Positions 9,099 to 17,807 of a stretch of DNA of 64,000 bases are shown piece after piece; position 1 is the first letter of the stretch, and the number at the start of each line of letters is the position of its first letter. The translations under genes and the position numbers were made by a program. The stretch is from an uncultured Dehalococcoidia bacterium. GTDB taxonomy: Bacteria; Chloroflexota; Dehalococcoidia; DSTF01; JACRBR01. The stretch lies in the NCBI GenBank assembly GCA_964421985.1, contig CAYQZE010000018.1:583-64582 (forward strand). Reading direction: 5' to 3'. The notes under the pieces were generated by a model. That model did no database searches and was not told the origin of the DNA. It saw only the letters and a program-made list of their open reading frames with translations.

Positions 9099-9569
9099 AT
9101 GGTGGAGAAGCAGCAACCGATCACAAAGGCCGGCCTGAAGAAGTTCGAGAAGGAACTCGCGCGTCTGGAGAGCGTGGGCCGGCGTGAAGTGGCCGACAAG
9201 ATCCACCAGGCCCACGAGCTGGCCAGCACGCAGAACAACGCCGAATACGAAGACGCCAAGAACGAACAGGCGATGGTCGAGGGCCGCATCGCCCAGCTCC
9301 ACAGCCTGATCACCAACGCGACCATCATCGACGAGGCCGGCGCTCACAAATCCAAGCTTGTGACCCTGGGCAGTCATGTGAAGGTGCGTAGCGAGGGGAA
9401 GTCGCAGGAATACACCATCGTCGGACCCGCCGAAACGGACCCGAGCGAGGGGAAGATCAGCAACGAATCACCCGTGGGCCGCGCGCTGATCGGCAAGAAG
9501 CTGCACGACGAAGTGCAGGTGAGCGTGCCCAGGGGCATCATCACCATGAAGATCACGAAGATCAGTTAA
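9099..9569 (+). CDS. greA: transcription elongation factor GreA
   Basis: 157 aa, MVEKQQPITKAGLKKFEKELARLE...GKISNESPVGRALIGKK. GAGGGG ribosome-binding site 8 nt upstream of ATG 9099. Confidence 0.9.
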   Translation: MVEKQQPITKAGLKKFEKELARLESVGRREVADKIHQAHELASTQNNAEYEDAKNEQAMVEGRIAQLHSLITNATIIDEAGAHKSKLVTLGSHVKVRSEGKSQEYTIVGPAETDPSEGKISNESPVGRALIGKKLHDEVQVSVPRGIITMKITKIS

Positions 9570-9572
9570 CGG

Positions 9573-9593
9573 GTCGCCGGTCGCCGGTCGTCG
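9573..9593. repeat. tandem heptad triplet GTCGCCG-GTCGCCG-GTCGTCG directly after the greA stop
   Basis: Direct read of the sequence. It abuts the REP element at 9593. Confidence 0.7.
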
Positions 9594-9618
9594 TAGGGGC
9601 GGACCTGTGTGTCCGCCC
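9593..9618 (+). repeat. REP element (5'-GTAG + 8-bp GC-rich hairpin gggcggac/gtccgccc)
   Basis: GTAGGGGCGGACCTGTGTGTCCGCCC. Same architecture as the REPs at 41948, 57957 and 58259. Confidence 0.6.
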
Positions 9619-9699
9619 TGTCGGCTAGCGCCTTCCGCCGGCAGATCACTCCATGCTCCATCCTCCCCTTTCCAGCGCCCCGTCCTATACCCTTGCGCT

Positions 9700-11193
9700 A
9701 TGCCGGGCGAGGAAGAACTGATCCAACTCCGCAGGGAGAAATTGGCGCGCCTGCGCGCACGCGGCATCGATCCGTATCCAGCGCGGACGCCGCGAACACA
9801 TTCGGCGGCCGACGCGCTCGCGGCGTTTGGGCGCTGGGAGGCGGCCGACGGCGCGGTGCGCGGCGACGCGCCCACGGCGTGCGTCGCCGGGCGTATCACG
9901 GCGCTGCGCGATATGGGGAAGGCGTCGTTCCTCGACGTTCGCGATGGCACGGAGCGCATCCAGTGCTACCTGAAGAAGGATGTCATCGGAGAGGAGGCGT
10001 ACACCGGCATCGCTGATCTCGACCTCGGCGACTTCCTCGCGGTCAGCGGACCGCTGTTTCGCACCCGCACGCAGGAGATCACCGTCGAGGCGCGCTCGTA
10101 CACGGTGCTAGCGAAGGCGCTGCGCCCGCCTCCCGAAAAGTGGCACGGCATCGAGGACGTCGAGATCCGCTATCGCCAACGCTACCTCGACCTCATGTCG
10201 AACGCAGACGTGCGTGAGATCTTCCGCAAGCGCTCCGCGATCGTCGCGGCGATCCGCCGCTACCTGGACGCGCGGGGGTTCATGGAGGTGGAGACGCCCG
10301 TCCTGCAGGCCGAAGCTGGCGGTGCCGCAGCGACTCCGTTCGTCACGCACCACCGGGCTCTGGATCAAGACTTCTTCCTGCGTATCTCGCTGGAACTGCA
10401 CCTGAAGCGTCTCGTCATCGGCGGATTCGACCGCGTGTACGAGATGGGCCGCATCTTCCGCAACGAAGGCGTCTCGTGGAAGTACAACCCCGAGTTCACG
10501 ATGCTGGAGACCTACGAGGCGTACGCCGATTACAACGATGTTGCGCGCAGGATCGAAGACATGGTGTCGGGCGTCGCGCGAGACGCGGCAGGCGGCACGT
10601 CGGTCGTGTTCGGCGAGCATGTGTTGGACCTGGCGCCACCGTGGAGGCGGGTGACGATGCGCGACGCGTTGGTCGAGCATGCGGGCATCGACTTCGAGGA
10701 GTTCCGCACGCGTGACAAGCTGCTGGAGGAGTTGCAGCGGCGCAAGCTGGGCGACATCGACCCCGGGTGGTCGTGGAGCAAACTGCTCGATGAGGCAGTA
10801 TCGCACTACGTCGAGCCGAAGCTGATCCAGCCGACCTTCCTCCTCGATTACCCGAAGGAGATCTCGCCGCTGGCGAAGAGCAAGCCCGGCGCTCCCGGCA
10901 TTGTCGAGCGCTTCGAGGTGTTCTGCGCCGGGTTCGAGCTGGGCAACGCCTACTCCGAGCTGAACGACCCGACCGACCAGCGCGAGCGTTTCGAGACGCA
11001 GGCGCGACTCGCCGCTGCGGGACTCGAGGAAGTGGAGACGCTGGACGAAGACTTTCTCACCGCCCTGGAATACGGCATGCCGCCCACGGGGGGCTTTGGT
11101 CTCGGCATCGACCGGCTGGTGATGATCCTCACCGGCCAGACGTCGATCCGCGAAGTGATCCTCTTCCCGCAGCTGCGGAAGAAAGAGCAATAG
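9700..11193 (+). CDS. lysS: lysine--tRNA ligase (class II)
   Basis: 497 aa, class II aaRS motifs FMEVETPVLQ, GGFDRVYEMGRIFRNEG, ELGNAYSELNDP, GMPPTGGFGLGIDRL. Conserved greA-lysS arrangement. Confidence 0.95.
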   Translation: MPGEEELIQLRREKLARLRARGIDPYPARTPRTHSAADALAAFGRWEAADGAVRGDAPTACVAGRITALRDMGKASFLDVRDGTERIQCYLKKDVIGEEAYTGIADLDLGDFLAVSGPLFRTRTQEITVEARSYTVLAKALRPPPEKWHGIEDVEIRYRQRYLDLMSNADVREIFRKRSAIVAAIRRYLDARGFMEVETPVLQAEAGGAAATPFVTHHRALDQDFFLRISLELHLKRLVIGGFDRVYEMGRIFRNEGVSWKYNPEFTMLETYEAYADYNDVARRIEDMVSGVARDAAGGTSVVFGEHVLDLAPPWRRVTMRDALVEHAGIDFEEFRTRDKLLEELQRRKLGDIDPGWSWSKLLDEAVSHYVEPKLIQPTFLLDYPKEISPLAKSKPGAPGIVERFEVFCAGFELGNAYSELNDPTDQRERFETQARLAAAGLEEVETLDEDFLTALEYGMPPTGGFGLGIDRLVMILTGQTSIREVILFPQLRKKEQ

Positions 11194-11197
11194 CCCG

Positions 11198-11650
11198 GTG
11201 GACCGCCCGGCCGACGTTCAGGCCGCCATGCGTGCATGGCAGGCCGTCACCGACGACCTCGTTAGCCTTGCTCGCGCGTTTCACCCGCCGCAGCTCGATG
11301 CGCGGAGCGCCTGCGGCGACTGGACGAATCGGCAGCTGCTGGCGCACCTCGCCACCGGCTACAGTGTGCGGATCTCGGCACTGCAGGCCGCGATCGGCGG
11401 CGCACGCGCCTCCGCGATCGATGTCGACCGGGCCAACGCAGCCGATGTGATCCGACTGCAAGGCGCGCCCACGGAAGCGATCATCGCCGACCTCGTGCAG
11501 GTGCGAGGCCGCGTGCTCGAGCTGCTCTCGAAACTCAAGCCCGAACACCTGGCGACACGCACGTCCCTGGGCGGCGGCAAGACGCTCGGGGAGGCGCTCG
11601 GCGGGCTCAGCGCCCACGACCTGCAGCACGCAGCGGAGCTGCGCGGGTAG
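11198..11650 (+). CDS. DinB_2 / mycothiol-maleylpyruvate-isomerase N-terminal-domain family protein (TIGR03083-like)
   Basis: 150 aa. WTNRQLLAHL motif typical of DinB_2/TIGR03083 proteins. Confidence 0.55.
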   Translation: MDRPADVQAAMRAWQAVTDDLVSLARAFHPPQLDARSACGDWTNRQLLAHLATGYSVRISALQAAIGGARASAIDVDRANAADVIRLQGAPTEAIIADLVQVRGRVLELLSKLKPEHLATRTSLGGGKTLGEALGGLSAHDLQHAAELRG

Positions 11651-11883
11651 TCCCCGCGACGCACAGGCGGTGGACTCTACGAGATTCACCGTCGTTCACG
11701 CGTAGCACCATCCACGGAGGTCTGCTCAATCCCGACGGGCGTGGGGGTCCAACACCCCTCCGTGAAATCCGTGAAATCCTTGTTTCCCCTGGTCGACTGC
11801 GGAATCCGCAGCCGGCACCGCTTGAGACTTCATGCCGATCGAGCCACAATATCCCTCACCACCCACAGTGGAAGGGACGCACG

Positions 11884-12594
11884 TTGGATTCGCAGCACTT
11901 CGACTTGCCGGTAGCCGTCACGCTTCGCTTGCAGTCACGCTCGGGCAACATCGACGTCCTCGCGGAGCCGCGCGACGATGTCGCTGTGGAGGGCGACGGG
12001 TTCAACACCAGTGAGGCGGACGGCGGGGCGACGCTGGAGGTCCACGCCGGGCGTGCGGGCTCGAAATCGCTCTCGGTGCGCTGCCCCGCCGGCACGGATA
12101 TCGTCATCGGCACGCACTCGGGCTCGGTGAACATGCGCGGCGAGTTCGGCTGCGTCTCCGTCACGACGATGAGCGGCGGCATCGACGTCGAGCGTGCCGA
12201 TGAGGCCGACCTGCGGACCGCTGCCGGAAGCGTCCGGCTAGGTTCCTGCAGCGGGCGTTGCCGGATGAACTCGATGAGCGGCAGCATCAGCGCCGGCTCC
12301 GTTGGCGCGGCGTCGGCAGGCACGATGTCCGGTTCGATCACGATCGAGCGGGTGGCCGGGCGCTTCAAAGCACGGAGCGTCAGCGGCGCCATCAAGGCCG
12401 CGTGCAATTGCGAGGGCGAGATCGCCGTCAAAACGGTGTCGGGCAAGGTGTATCTGGAATTGCCGAGCGGCACCGCGCTCGACACGCGCTTCAAGACGTT
12501 GTCAGGCAAGGTCCGCAACCCCTTCCCCGCGGGGAACGACTGCCGTCTCGAAGCGATGAGCATCTCCGGGTCGATCGAATTGGTCCAGACATGA
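11884..12594 (+). CDS. DUF4097-like putative adhesin / beta-helical repeat protein
   Basis: 236 aa with repeated SGSI/SGsV beta-helix-like units. TTG start with GGAAGGGA ribosome-binding site. The stop overlaps the next gene start (ATGA). Confidence 0.55.
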   Translation: MDSQHFDLPVAVTLRLQSRSGNIDVLAEPRDDVAVEGDGFNTSEADGGATLEVHAGRAGSKSLSVRCPAGTDIVIGTHSGSVNMRGEFGCVSVTTMSGGIDVERADEADLRTAAGSVRLGSCSGRCRMNSMSGSISAGSVGAASAGTMSGSITIERVAGRFKARSVSGAIKAACNCEGEIAVKTVSGKVYLELPSGTALDTRFKTLSGKVRNPFPAGNDCRLEAMSISGSIELVQT

Positions 12595-13133
12595 TGGCGA
12601 CCACGCCAGTCAGAGCGATGGTCGTGCGCGGCACGGTCATGTTCACCGATATCGTCGGCTTCACCGAATTCACGGCCCTGCGGGGCGATGACGAGGCGCT
12701 CACCCTGCTGGCGCTACAAGAAGAGATCGTGAACGAAGAGCTGGGCGACGACGCCCGGATCGTCAAGCACCTCGGAGACGGCCTGATGATCTGGTTCTCC
12801 GACCCTTGCGCGGCGATCGAGGCCGGGCTGCGCTTGCAGGAGCGGTTCGAGGAAGCCTCTTGGAGTCACGACACTCCGCTTTGGGTGCGCATCGGACTGC
12901 ACTCGGGTCAGCAGTCGCGCCGCGGCGACGATCTCATCGGTCACGACGTGAACGTAGCCGCGCGCATCGTCAACGTCGCGGACACGGGCGAAGTGCTGGC
13001 GTCGGAAGCGACGGTACGCAGCGCTGATGGCGGCGTGCCCAACGTCGCATTCCATCGCCTGGGCCCCGTCGTCATGAAGGGCATCCCCAACCCCATCAGC
13101 CTGTTCCGCGCCGAGCGCCGCGTCCCGGCGTAG
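12591..13133 (+). CDS. class III adenylate/guanylate cyclase (stand-alone catalytic domain)
   Basis: 180 aa. Motifs VMFTDIVGFTEF...LGDGLMIWF...VRIGLHSGQ...GHDVNVAARI. ATG at 12591 overlaps the DUF4097 stop. Confidence 0.8.
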   Translation: MMATTPVRAMVVRGTVMFTDIVGFTEFTALRGDDEALTLLALQEEIVNEELGDDARIVKHLGDGLMIWFSDPCAAIEAGLRLQERFEEASWSHDTPLWVRIGLHSGQQSRRGDDLIGHDVNVAARIVNVADTGEVLASEATVRSADGGVPNVAFHRLGPVVMKGIPNPISLFRAERRVPA

Positions 13134-13217
13134 CTTCGCCGCGACGTTCATGAGCCCCAGACACAGCTCGCGCCGCCCGGCCTGAGGGCGGGACAGCCAA
13201 TCCATCCTCATCAGCCT

Positions 13218-13248
13218 AATTGATATATTCGGTATGGTTGATATAATT
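13218..13248 (+). promoter_or_regulatory. AT-rich sigma70 promoter (TTGATA, 16-nt spacer, TATAAT) with a TTGATATA direct repeat; candidate antitoxin operator
   Basis: -35 at 13220-13225 and -10 at 13242-13247. TTGATATA at 13220 and 13238. About 35% GC against a roughly 68% GC background. Confidence 0.6.
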
Positions 13249-13279
13249 GCGATAATGAGTAGTAGCCTGAGGTGATGCC

Positions 13280-13570
13280 GTGAAACGAACGCTCACAGCC
13301 ATGGAAGCGCGCCGCAAGTTCGGCGAGATGCTGGAGGACGTACGCCGAGGCGATGAGGTGATCATCGAGCGCGCCGGCAAAGTGATGGGCGTGCTGATCC
13401 CACCCGAGCGCTACAGCATGATCGAACGGGATCGCGAGCAGTTCCACCAGCTGGTGGCCGAAGCGCGTGAGCGGTTCGAAGGCGTGCCTGGCGAAGAGAT
13501 CGATCGCCTAGTCGACGAAGCCGTGCGCGACGCGCGCGGTAAGAGCCGCGCAAAGCGCCGCTCCGCCTAA
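13280..13570 (+). CDS. Phd/YefM-family antitoxin
   Basis: 96 aa. MKRTLTAMEARRKFGEMLEDVRRGDEVIIERAGKVMGVLIPPERY matches Phd/YefM. GTG start with GAGGTGA ribosome-binding site. Confidence 0.8.
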   Translation: MKRTLTAMEARRKFGEMLEDVRRGDEVIIERAGKVMGVLIPPERYSMIERDREQFHQLVAEARERFEGVPGEEIDRLVDEAVRDARGKSRAKRRSA

Positions 13571-13987
13571 GTGCGAATCGTCGTCGACACCAACGTCATC
13601 GTTAGCGGTGTGCTGCGCAGCGTCGGCTTCCCGGCTCGAGTCCTTGTCACGAACGATGCGGACGACATCCTCTGGATCACGTCCGAGCCACTCCTGGCTG
13701 AACTGCGACGCGTACTCGCGCGTCCGCACGTCAGGCGAAGACTGTTGTGGGACAATGCGCGGATCGTGTTGTTCGGCGATGTGCTTCGCCGAAGATCCAT
13801 GGTGGTCGTCCCCACTACTAGTATCGCAGTGTCGCGCGACCCGGACGACAACCGCGTACTCGAAGCCGCCGTCGCGGGCCAAGTGGACTACATCGTCACC
13901 GGCGATCGCGATCTGCTCGCACTCCGTTCGCACGCCGGCATACGGATGCTCACGCCGGCTCAGTTCGTAGAATTCCTTCCGGCGTAG
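13571..13987 (+). CDS. PIN-domain toxin (VapC-like)
   Basis: 138 aa. MRIVVDTNVIVSG...ILWITSEPLLAEL...VTGDRDLL, PIN acidic residues present. GTG start immediately after the antitoxin TAA. Confidence 0.8.
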   Translation: MRIVVDTNVIVSGVLRSVGFPARVLVTNDADDILWITSEPLLAELRRVLARPHVRRRLLWDNARIVLFGDVLRRRSMVVVPTTSIAVSRDPDDNRVLEAAVAGQVDYIVTGDRDLLALRSHAGIRMLTPAQFVEFLPA

Positions 13988-13992
13988 CCGTA

Positions 13993-14577
13993 TCAATCAC
14001 CGCTGCCGCAGCGCCGGACGTCGAACGGCGCGATGCCGATGACGCCCCGGCTGCGCGTGCAGCTGCGCGATTCCGTATCGACGATCACGTCGCCCTGTGG
14101 GCCCGTGCGAACGTCGAAGCGGTCGAGGTCGCCGTAGCTGTTGCCGAACGAGAACTTGCCGTCAATCCGCCAGACGGCGCGGCCGCTGTTGCAGTCTTCC
14201 ACGAAGGCACCCGCCGTATCGGGCAGCGGTTCCAGTGTGCCGATGCCTGCGGCGTCCTCGTAGTGCACGCGGCAGTCGCCGTTGAGCTCTTGCTGCCTCG
14301 ACGATCGGTCGTAGAGTGCTACAAATCCGCCGTCGGGGAGATGCACGAGAAAGAAGTGCTGCTGCTCAAACTCGTTGACCGAACCCGGCGGGAACGACGT
14401 GATGTTGCCGGCGATGAAGCCATGTGCGCGCTGGTCCGCCTCGTCGCCCTGGTTGAATATCGTGCCGACGGCGACGACGATGCCGGTGATCACCGCCGCG
14501 GCGATGACGACGCGCAACAGGCAGCCGCCCGCGCTGAACCCGCGTTTCGTTGCGGATGGCTGCGCTCCCGCGCTCAT
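13993..14577 (-). CDS. hypothetical membrane-anchored protein
   Basis: 194 aa with an N-terminal TM helix (LLRVVIAAAVITGIVVAVG). Start overlaps the stop of the upstream enoyl-CoA hydratase gene (ATGA). Confidence 0.5.
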   Translation of the reverse strand: MSAGAQPSATKRGFSAGGCLLRVVIAAAVITGIVVAVGTIFNQGDEADQRAHGFIAGNITSFPPGSVNEFEQQHFFLVHLPDGGFVALYDRSSRQQELNGDCRVHYEDAAGIGTLEPLPDTAGAFVEDCNSGRAVWRIDGKFSFGNSYGDLDRFDVRTGPQGDVIVDTESRSCTRSRGVIGIAPFDVRRCGSGD

Positions 14578-15305
14578 ACGGTGCGACTCGCCACGATGCG
14601 TCTCGCGACCGTCGCTTCGAGCCGCAGCGCGGGCTCCAGCGCCAGGTCCGCTCCGCGCACCATTGCCTCCTTGGCGGCCCGCAGCGCCCCCTCCGGCTGC
14701 GCCGCGAGCCGCCCGGCAACGTCCGTGGCTTCAGCACGGAGCCGCGTCCGCGGCACGACGCGCTGCACCAGTCCGGCTCGCAACGCCGTCATCGCGTCGA
14801 TCGGTTGGCCGCTGAGGATCATCTGACGGGCGAGGCCAGGCGGCACAGTGCGCGGCAGCATCTGCGTACCGCCCGCCGACGGGATGTAGCCGAGCGTGAC
14901 TTCAGGCAGCGCGAACGTTGCGTCCTCAGCGGCGATGCGGATGTCGCAGAACAGGCTCATCTCGCAGCCCGCGCCGAACGCGTAGCCATGCATCGCCGCC
15001 ACCAGCGGCTTCGTGCACGCGAGCATCGCGCCCCAGACGTCCCGATCCTGCCGCGCCCGCCGCGCTTCCACAAACGACGGCGCGCTGCCGAACTCGCTGA
15101 TATCCGCACCGGCCGAGAAAGCGCGTTCGCCCGCGCCCAGGAGCACCACGGCGCGGATCTCCGGATCGTCGCGGACGGCCGCCAGCGCCATCCACATCTC
15201 GTCCCGCACGGCCATGTTCATGGCGTTCAGCACGTGCGGGCGGTTCAGCGTCAGCCAGGCGACGCCGTTGGGAGCCTTCTCGAACAGCAAGGGCGATTCA
15301 CTCAC
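14574..15305 (-). CDS. enoyl-CoA hydratase/isomerase family protein
   Basis: Crotonase-fold motifs LNRPHVLNAMN...RAVVLLGAGERAFSAGADI...MHGYAFGAGCEMSLFCD. GTG start at 15303-15305. Confidence 0.8.
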   Translation of the reverse strand: MSESPLLFEKAPNGVAWLTLNRPHVLNAMNMAVRDEMWMALAAVRDDPEIRAVVLLGAGERAFSAGADISEFGSAPSFVEARRARQDRDVWGAMLACTKPLVAAMHGYAFGAGCEMSLFCDIRIAAEDATFALPEVTLGYIPSAGGTQMLPRTVPPGLARQMILSGQPIDAMTALRAGLVQRVVPRTRLRAEATDVAGRLAAQPEGALRAAKEAMVRGADLALEPALRLEATVARRIVASRTV

Positions 15306-15403
15306 GATCCTAAGGCTAACAGGGGCCGCGAAGGCGAAACAGCCACCGTCAGCGACGTGGCTTCGTTTGATCGCGCACGGCGCGCACCCTACGATGTACA
15401 GCG

Positions 15404-15718
15404 ATGACCATCGACGCCGCGACAGCAATCGCCGACCAGGAGGCCTTTCTCGTAGAGGTCGATGCGTGCCTGGACGAGATGCGGCCGTACGTGCATTCGC
15501 ACGGCGGCGAGTTGAATCTGGTCGAGTGGATCCCGGAGGAGGGCCGGCTTCGACTGCAGCTGGCGGGCTCCTGCCACGGCTGTCCGATGAGCATGGTGAC
15601 GATGAAGCTCGGGATCGAACGCATCGTGCAGGACCGCTTCCCGCAGGTAGCGATCGTCGAAGCGATCAAGGTGGACGACTACGACTACCCCGAACTGGGC
15701 ACGGATCCGGCGACGTAA
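15404..15718 (+). CDS. NifU-like (Nfu C-terminal domain) Fe-S assembly protein
   Basis: 104 aa. GGELNLVEW...LQLAGSCHGCPMS matches the Nfu CxxC domain. Confidence 0.7.
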   Translation: MTIDAATAIADQEAFLVEVDACLDEMRPYVHSHGGELNLVEWIPEEGRLRLQLAGSCHGCPMSMVTMKLGIERIVQDRFPQVAIVEAIKVDDYDYPELGTDPAT

Positions 15719-15723
15719 CGTTC

Positions 15724-16239
15724 ATGAGCGCTGCTCCCTTCTCCTTCGACCAACGCGAGACCATCGATCGCCTGCGCGATTCTGTGGTCACGATCGAATC
15801 GTTCCTGCAACTCGTACCGGCAAAGTGGACGCACACGCCGCCCGATGAAGGTGCCTGGTCGGTCGCGATGAACCTCGCGCACATGATCGCGTATGAGGAG
15901 CAGCTCGCGACGCCGGTTATGGAATCGCTCGCGGACGGTGGCACCGGGCAGGACGTCGTGCCGAGCGGCGGCGAAGGATGGCTTCTCACGAGCGCGCAGG
16001 CCATGGCGGACGCCTCGCTCGAGACGCTAGCCGCGCGGTTGCGCGCGATCCGAGAGCGTCAGATCGCGATCATCGATTCGATGTCACCCGGCCTGTTCAA
16101 CACGCCGCGGACGATGCTGTGGTCCAACCGTAACGGCGGCAAGCCCCTTGCCATCAGCTGGGTGGCGACGAAGACCTTCCAACACACCTGGGAGCATGGG
16201 AACGCGATCCTGCGCGTAGCGATGTTCGCGCCGCGTTAG
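15724..16239 (+). CDS. DinB-family (DinB_2 four-helix bundle) protein
   Basis: 171 aa. Has the metal-binding His-containing helices typical of DinB_2 (HMIAYEEQ...TWEHGNAI). The longer upstream ORF was discounted. Confidence 0.65.
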   Translation: MSAAPFSFDQRETIDRLRDSVVTIESFLQLVPAKWTHTPPDEGAWSVAMNLAHMIAYEEQLATPVMESLADGGTGQDVVPSGGEGWLLTSAQAMADASLETLAARLRAIRERQIAIIDSMSPGLFNTPRTMLWSNRNGGKPLAISWVATKTFQHTWEHGNAILRVAMFAPR

Positions 16240-16266
16240 CCGAACACCAACGAAGGGCGCGCCGGC

Positions 16267-16650
16267 ATGGACGGATACCGCGAATTCTGGAATGCAGTCT
16301 TCTACGGGGAATCGCAGTTCCTGGGTACCTCCGATATCCAGACGTACTGGATCAGATTGATCCTCATCGCCGGGGCGTTCTTGCTCGCCGGCGTCGCATC
16401 GAACCGCCTGAGATGGCTTCCGATTGTATTGACGGCGCTCCTCCTGTCGCTGTATGCGACATCCGTAGCGCCGTTCATGATCTGGGCGGCACGCTGCGGC
16501 GGCTGCGGGGCCTCGTATAGCGCCGACTCGGCGCGATCGTACGAGGCGATACTGATCAATCAGTGGTGGGGCGGGCTCATCGCAATCGCGGTGAGCGCGG
16601 TCTGGATAGGTGCGGCGATCGCACGCGGTCGGCGCGCGCCTCGACCGTAA
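16267..16650 (+). CDS. small hypothetical integral membrane protein
   Basis: 127 aa with 3-4 predicted TM helices. Confidence 0.4.
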   Translation: MDGYREFWNAVFYGESQFLGTSDIQTYWIRLILIAGAFLLAGVASNRLRWLPIVLTALLLSLYATSVAPFMIWAARCGGCGASYSADSARSYEAILINQWWGGLIAIAVSAVWIGAAIARGRRAPRP

Positions 16651-16705
16651 CCTGATCGAGGCGATCCGGTTGGGCAAACACCCACGTGCCGCGCCGGGCG
16701 GATCG

Positions 16706-17650
16706 TCAGAACGAAGCGAACTCGTCCGCGAACAGCGCCGGCGCGCCTCCCGTGTGCAGGAAAACAACCGTGCTGCTGATCCTGCCGCTCTTCACGGCGG
16801 CGATCAGGCCGGCCATTGCCTTGCCTGAATAGACAGGGTCGAGCACGAGCGCCTCGGTACGCGCGGCGAGCCGCACCGCGTACTGCGCTTCTTCCGTGAT
16901 CGATGCGTAGTAGGGGCCGCAGTGGTCGGCGATGATCACGTCGCCGGCGGGCGGCGGGCGCTTGGCCAGCGCGGCGGTCCTGGCGGCCAGCTTCGGCACA
17001 CTGATCGAAAGCGGCGTCTTCGGGCGCGCGACGTCGATGCCGAGCACGCGCACCTCGCGCGGAAGGCCAGCGAGCAGCCCCGCCTGCGTGCCGCCGCTGC
17101 TCGTCGCGTGGACGATCCAGTCCGGCGGCGCGTCCATCTGCGACAGGATCTCGTCCGCCGCGGCGACGTAGCCGAGCGAGCCGACGGGCGTCGCGCCGCC
17201 GATCGGCATCGGGTAGGCGCTCGGCCCGATGCCGGCCGCGATGCGCTTGACCTCCGCCCACAGCGCGTCCCAGTCGTCCGTGCCCGCGAAGTGCAATTCG
17301 GCGCCGAAGATCCGGTCGAGCAGGATGTTGCCCGAATCGTGCGCCGGTGCGTCTCCGCTGAGCACGAGGTGGCACGCCATGCCGAGCCTCGCCGCCGCGG
17401 CCGCGGTCATGCGTGCAAAGTTCGATTGCGCGCCGCCGGCAGTCACCACGGTATCGCAGCCCTTCTCGATGGCGTCCCGCATCAGGTAGTCGAGCTTGCG
17501 CGCCTTGTTGCCGCCCATCGCCAGGCCGGTGAGGTCGTCGCGCTTGATGAGGATGCGCAGGCTCCCAGTCGCCGACGGAGCCAGCTCGGATGAGAGGCGG
17601 GGAGCCTCGTCAAGCGGAGTGGGAAGGTGCGAGAGCGGCCTGAAGCTCAT
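16706..17650 (-). CDS. PLP-dependent ACC deaminase / D-cysteine desulfhydrase family protein
   Basis: 314 aa. LIKRDDLTGLAMGGNKARKLDYLM (PLP lysine motif) and VTAGGAQSNFAR. Confidence 0.8.
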   Translation of the reverse strand: MSFRPLSHLPTPLDEAPRLSSELAPSATGSLRILIKRDDLTGLAMGGNKARKLDYLMRDAIEKGCDTVVTAGGAQSNFARMTAAAAARLGMACHLVLSGDAPAHDSGNILLDRIFGAELHFAGTDDWDALWAEVKRIAAGIGPSAYPMPIGGATPVGSLGYVAAADEILSQMDAPPDWIVHATSSGGTQAGLLAGLPREVRVLGIDVARPKTPLSISVPKLAARTAALAKRPPPAGDVIIADHCGPYYASITEEAQYAVRLAARTEALVLDPVYSGKAMAGLIAAVKSGRISSTVVFLHTGGAPALFADEFASF

Positions 17651-17726
17651 TGCCCCAGTCTGACGCCTCCCAGCCGTACTCGCGAGGGGCTCGGTTCGGC
17701 CCGACAGAACCCTGTAGCTGCGGTGT

Positions 17727-17788
17727 TTGACATCCGTCGGCCCGGGCGCTACGATCTCGTCCGGATGTTAGTGAGTGGCCACTCACTA
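17727..17788 (+). promoter_or_regulatory. promoter (TTGACA, 17-nt spacer, TACGAT) followed by a 20-bp perfect palindrome TAGTGAGTGGCCACTCACTA; candidate TetR operator
   Basis: -35 at 17727-17732 and -10 at 17750-17755. Palindrome at 17769-17788, immediately downstream of the predicted start site. Confidence 0.6.
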
Positions 17789-17807
17789 CGCGTTCCGGAG
17801 CGATACG

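Noticed and set aside
8598-9569. 323-aa extended ORF including greA
   Set aside because: Only the last 157 aa are GreA. The upstream part is R/G-rich and has no ribosome-binding site. ATG 9099 has a GAGGGG ribosome-binding site and lies downstream of a good promoter.
15013-16239. 408-aa ORF overlapping the enoyl-CoA hydratase gene on the opposite strand and the NifU-like gene
   Set aside because: The DinB-family domain begins at ATG 15724. The upstream region is occupied by other, better-supported genes.
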